NCBI GenBank assembly: GCA_963770895.1
Contig: CAVYRF010000002.1
Coordinates: forward strand, 1,760,001 to 1,824,000
Direction of reading: 5' to 3'
Source: an uncultured Acidobacteriota bacterium
GTDB taxonomy: Bacteria > Acidobacteriota > Thermoanaerobaculia > Multivoradales > UBA5704
Length of the DNA stretch: 64,000 nucleotides
The notes under the pieces were generated by a model. It was not told the origin of the DNA, did not search any database, and was given only the letters and a program-made list of their open reading frames with translations. The stretch's first letter is position 1; each line of letters opens with the position of its first letter. A program made the translations under genes and the position numbers. Shown piece by piece: positions 10,401-15,945 of this stretch.

Positions 10401-13079
10401 GTGACGCACCGCGGTGTGGTGCGCCTGGTGCGGCGGACGTCGTACGCGCGGTTCGGTGCGGACCAGGTGTTTTTGCAGCTGGCGCCGATCGGCTTCGACG
10501 CGGCGACGTTCGAGATCTGGGGAGCGCTGCTCAACGGCGGCCGTCTGGTGCTGGCGCCGCCGGGACCGGTTTCGACGTCGGAGCTGGGGGAGCTGCTGGC
10601 GCGCCAGGGGGTGACGACGCTGTGGCTGACGGCGGGTCTGTTCCACGAGATGGTGGAGCAGAACCTGCCAGGTCTGCGTCCTGTGCGTCAGCTGCTGGCG
10701 GGCGGCGACGCGCTGTCGCCGGCGCTGGTGTCACGGGCATTATCCGGCCTGCCGGGGACGCGGCTGATCAACGGCTACGGTCCGACGGAAGGGACGACGT
10801 TCAGCTGCTGCGCCACGGTCACCGCCGAGTCGGTGGGAGCGACGGTGCCGATCGGGCGCCCGATCGCCGGCACGGAGGTGGCGGTGGTGACGGGTGAGGA
10901 CCAGCCGGCGGGGGTGGGTGTGCTGGGCGAGCTGGTGGTGGGCGGGCAGGGCCTGGCGCGGTGCTACTGGGGCCGTCCGGAGCTGACAGCGGAGCGATTC
11001 CGGCCGGACGCGGGCGGCCCTTCCGGCGGCCGGGTGTACCGGACGGGGGACCGGGTGCGTTGGCTTGCCGGCGGCAGCCTGGAGTTTGCCGGCCGTCTGG
11101 ACCGGCAGGTGAAGATCCGCGGCTATCGCATCGAGCCGGGCGAGATCGAGGCGGCGCTGCGTTCGCACCCGCGGGTGACGCAGGCGGCGGTCGTGGTGCG
11201 CGCTGCCGGCGACGGAGGCGACAAGCGGCTGGTGGCGTACGTGGCGGGGGCGGAGGGGGACGACCTGCGCGGTTACCTTCAGGAGCGCCTGCCGGCCTAC
11301 ATGGTGCCGGCGGCGTGGGTCCGCCTGGCGTCGCTCCCCCTCACCGCCAACGGCAAGGTGGACCGCGCCGCCCTGCCCGAGCCGGCGGCCGGCGTAAGAA
11401 CGGCCGCCGCCGCTCTTGAACCGCTGCGCGCCAGCGAAGAGATCGTCGCGGCGATCTGGTGCGAGCTGCTCGGAGTGTCGCGCGTCGGCCGCCGCGACGA
11501 CTTCTTCGACCTGGGAGGCCACTCGCTGCTCGCCACGCGGCTGGTGTCGCGCCTGCGCAGCCACTTCTCGGTCGAGCTGCCGCTGCGCGCCGCGTTCGAG
11601 GCTCCCACCCTGGCCGGGATGGCGGCGGCGGTCGAGGCGCTGCGCACCCAGCGCGCGGCCGGCGGCGCGATGGAGCGGCTGCCCCGCCCCGAGCGGCTGC
11701 CGCTGTCCCACGCCCAGGAGCGGGTGTGGTTCCTGTACCGCGTCGATCCGCTGAGCACCGCGTTCAACATCGGCGGCGCCGTGGAGCTGACCGGCGCCCT
11801 GGACGTCGGCGCGCTGCGCGCCGGCGTGGACACCGTCGTCGGGCGCCACGAGATGCTGCGCACCAGCTTCCACGAGCTGGACGGCGAGCCGGTGCAGGTG
11901 GTCGCGCCGGCGGCGCCGCAGCCCCTGCCGCTGGTCGACCTGAGCGCCCTTGCCGAGCCGCGGCGCGAGCTGGAGCGGCTGGCCGCCGCCGAGCGGCGCC
12001 GCCCGTTCGACCTGTCCGGCGGGCGCCTGCTGCGCGTGCACCTGCTGCGCCTGGCGGCGCGGCACCACGTGGCGCTGCTCTTCCTGCACCACATCGCCGG
12101 CGACGGCTGGTCGATGGCCATCCTGGAGCGCGAGCTGGGCGACCTCTACGAGCTCTTCGCCTGCCGCGCCACCGTCGCCACCAACGCGCCGCCGCCGGCC
12201 GCGCCGGCCGCGCTCATCCTGCAGTACGCCGACTACGCGGTGTGGCAGCGCCGCTGGCTGGCCGGCGAAGAGCAGGACCGCCAGCTGGCCTACTGGCGGC
12301 GCCAGCTCGCCGGGCCGCTGCCGGTGCTGCAGCTGCCGATGCGCCGGCAGCGCCCCGAGACCCCCAACCTGGTCGGCGCCAGCGAGCGCCTGCGCGTGCC
12401 GCGCCGCGAAGCCGCGGCGCTCAACGAGCTCAGCCGCCGCGAGGGCGTGACCCTGTTCATGACCCTGCTGGCGGCGTTCAAGACGCTGCTCTACAGCTAC
12501 ACCGGCCAGGACGACATCGTGGTCGGCACCAACGTCGCCAACCGCAACCGCACCGAGGTCGAGGGGCTCATCGGCTGCTTCATCAACAACCTGGCGCTGC
12601 GCACCGACCTGTCCGGCAACCCCACCTTCCGCGAGCTGCTGCGCCGCGTCCGCGACGTGGCGCTGGACGCCTACGCCCACCAGGACGTGGCGTTCGAAAA
12701 GGTGATCGCCGACCTGCAGCCGCGGCGGCAGGGCGGCTACTCGCCGGTCTTCCACGTGATGATGGTCTTTGAGAACTACCCCACGGCGCCGCGCCGGGTG
12801 GCGGAGCTGGAGATGGCGTCGCTGCCGCTGCCCACCGACGCCGCCAACTTCGAGCTCATGCTGGCGCTGGGCGAAGACCGCGACGGCTTGAGCGGCCGCC
12901 TCACCTACGACAGCGACCTGTTCGACGCCGCCACCATGACGCGGCTGGCGGCGGACTACGCGGCGCTGCTGGCGCAGGTCGCGGCCTCTCCCGACCTGGC
13001 GCTGGCCGGCTTCGCCCTGGCCCCCGACGCCGGCGACCGCGGCCTTGCCAACAGCTTCAACGAGGTGCTGGAGGCATGA
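3..13079 (+). CDS. NRPS, 5'-truncated: A(Val)-T-C-A(Aad, Lys2-like)-T-C-A(Gly)-T-C-A(Val)-T-C
   Basis: Frame is open from the window edge (TAC at 3; ORF track starts at 45). Four (Y/F)TSGSTGxPK motifs, four GGHSL PCP motifs, and C-domain cores HHVIADG, HHIAADG, HHIVADG, HHIAGDG. Hand-read codes: DAFWLGGTFK twice (Val type), DPRHFVLRAK (Lys2/Aad type), DILQLGLIWK (Gly). Ends with a C domain. Confidence 0.96.
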   Translation, partial: YGELRRRAGVLADRLRAAGVGPEVPVGLLAERSVGMVVATLAVLEAGGAYVPLDPAAPPARLARLLAEVSLPVIVAQRHLAAGLPAAAGLAGMVVEIDGGGIASSPAAPPRPRPAAPPAWCEPDGLAYVMFTSGSTGTPKGVAVTQRGVVRLVRRTSYARFGADQVFLQLAPIGFDAATFEIWGALLNGGRLVLAPPGPVSTSELGELLARQGVTTLWLTAGLFHEMVEQNLPGLRPVRQLLAGGDALSPALVSRALSGLPGTRLINGYGPTEGTTFSCCATVTAESVGATVPIGRPIAGTEVAVVTGEDQPAGVGVLGELVVGGQGLARCYWGRPELTAERFRPDAGGPSGGRVYRTGDRVRWLAGGSLEFAGRLDRQVKIRGYRIEPGEIEAALRSHPRVTQAAVVVRAAGDAAGAAAAAGDGGVGGGDKRLVAYVAGAEGDDLRGYLQERLPGYMVPAAWVRLASLPLTANGKVDRAALPEPAAADRGGERERFHVAPRTPVEELVAGIWADLLGIEQVGAGDDFFALGGHSLLATRLVSRLRAALAVELPLRAVFANPTLAGLAAAVEEARVLPAGGVDSARRGPAGAPLLPAPRDGAPLPLSFAQERLWFLDQMEPGTTAYNMPLQVELTGRLLPPALAAALAEVVRRHEALRTTFTAAGGTPRQHVAPAAGTFPLPLLDLAGLPAARREREAERLGREQAAVRFALDRGPLFTALLVRLGAERHRFLATLHHVIADGWSVSVLVRELAALYAAVRAGLPSPLPAPPIQYADFALWQRGWLAALEATELAYWESQLGGEVASVELPADRPRPAIQTYRGGRRRLALTPELTARLKGFGRAAGTTLFMTLLAAVKALLCRHSGEHDVPVGAPVAGRRWQETEALIGCFLNTLVLRTDLAGPPTFRELAARVRAVTLAAYSHQDVPFEAVLNRLRLARDLSRAPLFQVLFNMLNLPAWDASLPGLDLRILAVADTPSKFDLTFYVAEADAGVAIDLVYNADLFDEARMADVLAQLAQFLAQAVERPDEPIDRPSLATAAALALLPDPAAPLDAGWIGAVHELFAAQAERAPGRLAVADPDVEWTYGELLAGTRRVAGWLAGRGVRAGDPVAIFAHRSAPLVEAVVGALTAGAAFMVLDPAYPPARQVEMLDLGAPRAALALAAAGPLPPEVQSWLGAAGCACLELPAGGTAAVPALAGFGGFGAAAPPARVGPHDVACIGFTSGSTGGPKAIAGLHGPLSHFLPRHCQVFELGPDDRFSLLSGLAHDPLQRDIFTPLFLGAAIVVPDPADSGIAGRWARWMRRRGVTVAHLTPALGQLLAERPPDGELIEVPSLRRVFLVGEALTCRDVARLRAMAPAVTCLNLYGSTETQRAVGFHRVTAREAESDAARDKQVLPLGRGIDDVQLLIVNPAGRLAGIGEVGEIAVRSPHLARGYLRNPALSAERFQVNPFTGAPGDRVYRTGDLGRYRPDGEVLFAGRSDFQVKLRGFRIELGEVEAVLLRHPAVREAVVVLRGDLPGGSGLAANVVVHGASPESAESADDSTQALRAWLAHRLPAYMVPAAFVRLPAIPRTANGKVDRRALERIPLPHADQGAAAPAAGPRTPAEELLAGIWAQVLGRERIAAADSFFDLGGHSLLATRMTSRVQEVFGVELPLRRLFANPTLAALAADLAASARPVALAAAPGVPRLTRRLQHAGRGEGLPLSFAQQRLWFLDRLEPGPLYNMSSALRLTGALHTAALAAALQAIVARHQALRATFDGADGMPLQRVAPPHAVPLPVVDLAALPAACRDRELARGGAAGIARPFDLARGPLLRATLFRLGAGDHVLVIVVHHIAADGASIGIFARELSALYAGLVGGQPPSLPPLPVQYADYSVWQRDWLQGDRLAALLDAWRDRLAGAPAGLELPTDRPRPAVQSFRGASLPVELAPPAVRGLRALARGHGTTLFMALLAAFQVLLHRLSGQDDLVVGSPIAGRNQVAIEGLIGLFANTLALRSRLDGRPAFRQVLAQARDTVLDAHALQDLPFERLVEELRPERDLGRSPLFSAMLVLQDPAAGLPELPGLAVTPVALAPATARFDLLLSLAETGERLAGRVEIAADLFDRATAKRWLAALAALVEAAAADPGCAAGDLPLLSAAERFALCTEWNDSAALSAGSAGSAAPTTLPQLFAQHAARTPLAPACADAHVRLTYGELDRRSDRLAHRLRALGVGPEAIVAIAMERSAAMVTVLLGVLKAGAAYLPLDPAYPAARLAFMLRDSGCGLVLADATAAALPPHDARVLDLAQAWDADETLVAARPAALPAPAPAPDSLAYLLYTSGSTGMPKGVQVPHRALANFLRAMLREPGLGARDRLLAVTSLSFDIAGLELFLPLAAGGCVHVASAAEAADGHLLAQRIAASAIDVLQATPATWRMLLAAGWRGGGGFRALCGGEALPPDLAAALLARAGELWNLYGPTETTIWSAVCRVGGDGVHLGRPIADTALHVLDRDRRPAPFGAPGELWIGGAGLARGYLGRPELTAERFAPDPFAGAGAPGGRLYRTGDLVRRTAGGRLEFLGRVDHQVKLRGFRIELGEIEAVLLSHPAVGQAVVVLRGDQGGLSGRPRLPSGGGEPYLAGYVVPAVPASPPGPAELRAWLAERLPRHLVPQVMMTLDALPLTPNAKVDRLALPAPRRAAAGQPEPPRGPLEELLADVWGELLGLDQVARDDDFFALGGHSLLAVRVVARLRQGLGVELPVRAVFEAPALQALARRVEGALGGVDVAAAPPLAPRPCLDAPPPPLSFAQERLWFLDRLDPASASYNVSAAVRLTGALDPAVLRRCLDQVVRRHEALRTTFDLCGEAPCQVVHPAAPVAFARVDLPATPRAANAADAAAAADAADAAGEAEVARLLAAAARRPFDLRRGSQDPATAGGLPRPAGLLRALVLRRTERDWVLLLTLHHIVADGWSMGVLVGELAALYRAYAAGEPSPLAELPVQYADFAVWQRTAMAGERLAAELAFWRQQLAGAPVLLPLPADRPRPAVRSQRGRRVALRLAPAQLAGVQAMGRRHGATLFMSLLAAWQLLLGRTGGAADLLLGSPVANRQRRETEGMIGFFANTLVLRARLADGPFADLLEQTRATALAAFAHQDLPFEKLVAELAPERSLTANPLVQAVIAMQDVPLPDCDLGGLRLEPLPLPGNTAKFDLTLMLAPLAPLAPLAPLAPDGAGLAGALEYACDLFDHTTAARLAASFVTLLTALAGGAVAQTPIAELPLLSAAELQQLREWRGEAVLPAAPEAGRETIASLFAAQAARTPDAVAVTAAGGGDVGDVGDVRSEAVTYGELRRRAGALADRLRAAGVGPEVPVGLLAQRSVGMVVATLAVLEAGGAYVPLDPAAPPARLARLLAEVSLPVIVAQRHLAAGLPAAAGMVVEIDAGGLAVSPAAPPRPRPAAPPAWCEPDGLAYVMFTSGSTGTPKGVAVTHRGVVRLVRRTSYARFGADQVFLQLAPIGFDAATFEIWGALLNGGRLVLAPPGPVSTSELGELLARQGVTTLWLTAGLFHEMVEQNLPGLRPVRQLLAGGDALSPALVSRALSGLPGTRLINGYGPTEGTTFSCCATVTAESVGATVPIGRPIAGTEVAVVTGEDQPAGVGVLGELVVGGQGLARCYWGRPELTAERFRPDAGGPSGGRVYRTGDRVRWLAGGSLEFAGRLDRQVKIRGYRIEPGEIEAALRSHPRVTQAAVVVRAAGDGGDKRLVAYVAGAEGDDLRGYLQERLPAYMVPAAWVRLASLPLTANGKVDRAALPEPAAGVRTAAAALEPLRASEEIVAAIWCELLGVSRVGRRDDFFDLGGHSLLATRLVSRLRSHFSVELPLRAAFEAPTLAGMAAAVEALRTQRAAGGAMERLPRPERLPLSHAQERVWFLYRVDPLSTAFNIGGAVELTGALDVGALRAGVDTVVGRHEMLRTSFHELDGEPVQVVAPAAPQPLPLVDLSALAEPRRELERLAAAERRRPFDLSGGRLLRVHLLRLAARHHVALLFLHHIAGDGWSMAILERELGDLYELFACRATVATNAPPPAAPAALILQYADYAVWQRRWLAGEEQDRQLAYWRRQLAGPLPVLQLPMRRQRPETPNLVGASERLRVPRREAAALNELSRREGVTLFMTLLAAFKTLLYSYTGQDDIVVGTNVANRNRTEVEGLIGCFINNLALRTDLSGNPTFRELLRRVRDVALDAYAHQDVAFEKVIADLQPRRQGGYSPVFHVMMVFENYPTAPRRVAELEMASLPLPTDAANFELMLALGEDRDGLSGRLTYDSDLFDAATMTRLAADYAALLAQVAASPDLALAGFALAPDAGDRGLANSFNEVLEA
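9588..9632 (+). repeat. 9-bp tandem repeat (ctggc[t/g]ccc)x5 encoding (LAP)5 inside a C domain
   Basis: ctggctccc x3 followed by ctggcgccc x2, read directly from the sequence. Confidence 0.9.
9979..11385 (+). repeat. Copy 2 of the near-identical Val A-domain duplication
   Basis: Matches 1-1460, including locally rare codons such as ttatcc and tggctt. Similarity stops after KVDRAALPEPAA. Confidence 0.93.
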
Positions 13080-14014
13080 CGGCCGCCGCCGCCCCCTTCG
13101 CGGAGGTGCTGGGCCTGCTGCGCGGCGGCGGCGGCCGCATGGAGCTGTTCCGCTACTCGGCCGGGGATCTGCACGAGCTGTACGGCGACGCCTGGGCCGC
13201 CGACGCGCTCTTCGTCCTGCGCAAGGTCGAGGCGTTCGCGCGCCTGTGCGGCGAGGACCTGGCGGCGGCGCTCGCCAGCTACGGCGAATGGATCGAGCGC
13301 GCCCTGGCGGAACGCGCCAGCCAACCCGCGCCGGGATCGCCGCAGGACGATCCGCGCTTCGGCATCCACTACCTGTACGCCCTGACGCTCAGCACGGCGC
13401 TCAACCGCTCCCGCTACGAGCTGCTCTGCGACTACCGCCAGGCCGTCGTGCGGCACCTGCCGGCGGGAACGCGCAGCCTGGAGATCGGCGCCGGCAACTG
13501 CATGGCCGCGGCGCTCGCCGGCGAACGCGGGCGGGTGAGCGCCTACGAGATGAACGAGCTGAGCCGCCTGTGGCCGGGCGTGCTCGAGCTTGGCGGCAGC
13601 GTCGACCTGCGCATCGAACCCTATCGCTTCGACGAGCCGGGCGCGTTTGGCTTCGTCACCATGATCGAGCTGCTGGAGCACGTCGCCGATCCCGCCGCCT
13701 ACCTGGCGGGGGCCGGCCGCGTGCTGGCGGATGGCGGCCTTGCCTATCTCACCTTCGCCGTCCGCATGCCGCAGTTCGATCACCTGGTCGATTTCGCCAC
13801 AGTGGAGGAGTGCCGTCAGCTGGTCGCGGACCACGGTTTCACGGTGCGCGACGAGCGGTGCCTGATCGACACCTATCAACCCTTCGCGGAGGCCGACCGC
13901 TGGCGTCTGGCGGCAGACCCGCGGCACGCCGTCATCTATTGCTGCCTGGCGCAAAAGGACCCGCGGCCCGAGCCGTCCCTGGCGCTGCGTGCATTCAATC
14001 TGGAGATCGACTGA
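13076..14014 (+). CDS. Class I SAM-dependent methyltransferase
   Basis: Motif I-like SLEIGAGNC, acidic post-strand VSAYEMNE, and IELLEHVADP...RVLADGGLAYL typical of class I methyltransferases. ATGA overlap with the upstream NRPS stop. Confidence 0.8.
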   Translation: MTAAAAPFAEVLGLLRGGGGRMELFRYSAGDLHELYGDAWAADALFVLRKVEAFARLCGEDLAAALASYGEWIERALAERASQPAPGSPQDDPRFGIHYLYALTLSTALNRSRYELLCDYRQAVVRHLPAGTRSLEIGAGNCMAAALAGERGRVSAYEMNELSRLWPGVLELGGSVDLRIEPYRFDEPGAFGFVTMIELLEHVADPAAYLAGAGRVLADGGLAYLTFAVRMPQFDHLVDFATVEECRQLVADHGFTVRDERCLIDTYQPFAEADRWRLAADPRHAVIYCCLAQKDPRPEPSLALRAFNLEID

Positions 14015-14016
14015 CC

Positions 14017-15945
14017 ATGGCGCACGAACCGATTCATCAGACCGTCCGGCGTGCCGCGGAGCGTTTCGGCGACCACCTTGCCGTGGACGCGGCGGATCAC
14101 CAGCTGACCTACCGCCAGCTCGCCCAGCGGGCCGGCGACCTGGCCGCGGCGCTCACCGCCAGCGGCGCGGGGCCCGGGTCGCTGGTGGCGATCCTGGCCG
14201 GCCGGGTGGGCGACGTCATCGCCGGCATGCTGGCCGCGCTCGAAGCGGGCTGTGTCTTCGTGCCGCTGGACGCCGGCTTTCCCGTCGCCACCCTGCCCGC
14301 GGTGACCGCCGCGGCGCAGCCGGGCTGGTGGCTGGTCGGCCGCGAGCACGTCGACGCCGTGGCCGATCTGCGCGCCGCGCACGGCTTGACCGCCACGGTG
14401 CTGCCGCTCGACGAGGTGGGCGGCGGCGTGGCTCTGACAGTGCCGTCCGCACCGGCCGCGGCCCCCGCCGCCTGGGACCCCGACGGGCTCTGCTACGTCT
14501 ACTTCACCTCCGGCTCGACCGGGCAACCGAAGGGGATCGGCGGCCGCCTCAAGGCGATCGATCACTTCATCCGCTGGGAGGCCGAGACCCTGGGCGCCGG
14601 GCCCGGCATCCGCGTCAGCCAGCTGACCTCGCCGGCCTTCGACGCCTTTTTGCGCGACGCCTTCCTGCCGCTGTCGGTGGGCGGCACGGTGTGCGTGCCC
14701 GGCGGCCGCGACGTGCTGCTGGACGGCCGCCGCCTGGCGGAGTGGATCGATCGGCAGGGCGTCAACGTCCTGCACTGCACGCCGTCGCTGTTCCGCTCGC
14801 TGTTCGCCGCCGACCTGGACGCCGGGCGCTTCGCCGCCCTGCGCCACGTGCTGCTGGCCGGCGAACCGCTGCTGCCCGCCGACGTGCGCCGCTGGTGCGC
14901 CGTGTTCGGCGAGCGCATCCGGCTGATCAACCTCTACGGGCCGAGCGAAACCACGATGGTCAAGTTCTTCTACCCGGTGCGTCCGGAAGACGGCGCTGCG
15001 CCGTTCGTGCCGATCGGCCAGCCGATGCCCGGCGCGCGCGCCGTGGTGGTCGACGAAAACGGCCAGGTCTGCCAGCCCGGCAAGGTGGGCGAGATCTATA
15101 TCCGCACCCCCTACCGCACCCTGGGCTACGTCAACAATCCGCAGCTCACCGCCGAGGTGTTCATCCAGAACCCCTGGAGCGACCGGCCCGACGACATCGT
15201 CTACAAGACCGGCGACCTGGGGCGGGTGCGCGAGGACGGCAACTTCGAGTTCCTGGGCCGCCGCGATCACCAGGTGAAGGTGCGCGGCGTGCGCATCGAG
15301 CTCGCGCCGATCGAAGACCTGCTGCGCTCCCACGCGCAGGTCGCCGACGCGGTGGTGGCGGCGTGCGACGACCCGCAGGGCAGCAAGTTCCTGTGCGCCT
15401 ACGTGGTGCTCAAGGAAAAGGTGGCGCCCGCCAGCCTGGCCGAGTTCCTGCGCCCGCGCCTGCCCGAGGCCATGGTGCCGACGGCGTTCGTCGAGCTGGA
15501 AACGCTGCCGCGCACCTTGAGCGGCAAGGTCAACCGCCGCGCCCTGCCCGAGCCCGGAGCGCTGCTCGGCCGCGACTACGTGGCGCCGCGGACGCCGGTG
15601 GAGCACGACCTGTGCGACATCTTCTCGCAGCTGCTCGCGGTGCCGCGCGTCGGCATCCACGACAGCTTCTTCGACCTGGGCGGCCACTCGCTGTCGGCCA
15701 CCCTGCTGCTGTCGCGCATCCGCTCGCGGCTGGGCGTCGAGGTGCCGCTGCGCCAGGTCTTCCGCACCCCGACCGTGGAGCAGATCGCCCTGGCGGTGAC
15801 GCGCCTGCAGCTCGAACAGGAGGACGCCGGCGAGATGGCCCGCCTGCTCAGCGAGGTCGCCAGCCTGTCGGGCGACGCCCTGGCGAGCGCCGTGCGCCAG
15901 GAGGCCGAGGCGGAAGAGGTCGTCGTGCGCGAGGGACAACCGTGA
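14017..15945 (+). CDS. Stand-alone NRPS A-T didomain (acidic amino acid, Asp/MeAsp type)
   Basis: Start taken as ATG 14017 (MAHEPIHQ), 2 nt after the methyltransferase stop. Motifs YFTSGSTGQPKG, FDAFLRD, NLYGPSETTMVK, YKTGD, GGHSL. Hand-read code DARHLALMVK. Confidence 0.92.
   Translation: MAHEPIHQTVRRAAERFGDHLAVDAADHQLTYRQLAQRAGDLAAALTASGAGPGSLVAILAGRVGDVIAGMLAALEAGCVFVPLDAGFPVATLPAVTAAAQPGWWLVGREHVDAVADLRAAHGLTATVLPLDEVGGGVALTVPSAPAAAPAAWDPDGLCYVYFTSGSTGQPKGIGGRLKAIDHFIRWEAETLGAGPGIRVSQLTSPAFDAFLRDAFLPLSVGGTVCVPGGRDVLLDGRRLAEWIDRQGVNVLHCTPSLFRSLFAADLDAGRFAALRHVLLAGEPLLPADVRRWCAVFGERIRLINLYGPSETTMVKFFYPVRPEDGAAPFVPIGQPMPGARAVVVDENGQVCQPGKVGEIYIRTPYRTLGYVNNPQLTAEVFIQNPWSDRPDDIVYKTGDLGRVREDGNFEFLGRRDHQVKVRGVRIELAPIEDLLRSHAQVADAVVAACDDPQGSKFLCAYVVLKEKVAPASLAEFLRPRLPEAMVPTAFVELETLPRTLSGKVNRRALPEPGALLGRDYVAPRTPVEHDLCDIFSQLLAVPRVGIHDSFFDLGGHSLSATLLLSRIRSRLGVEVPLRQVFRTPTVEQIALAVTRLQLEQEDAGEMARLLSEVASLSGDALASAVRQEAEAEEVVVREGQP

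Noticed and set aside
13076-13079. Possible frameshifts or pseudogenisation at the junctions between NRPS genes
   Set aside because: The junctions are clean ATGA/GTGA overlaps or short gaps with docking-like termini, consistent with genuine gene boundaries.
13045-14016. ORF-track N-terminal extensions (starts at 13045, 13989, 19901, 30027, 40550, 60173)
   Set aside because: They overlap real upstream genes in another frame. More plausible starts are 14017, 15942, 20588, 30519, 42629 and 60317.
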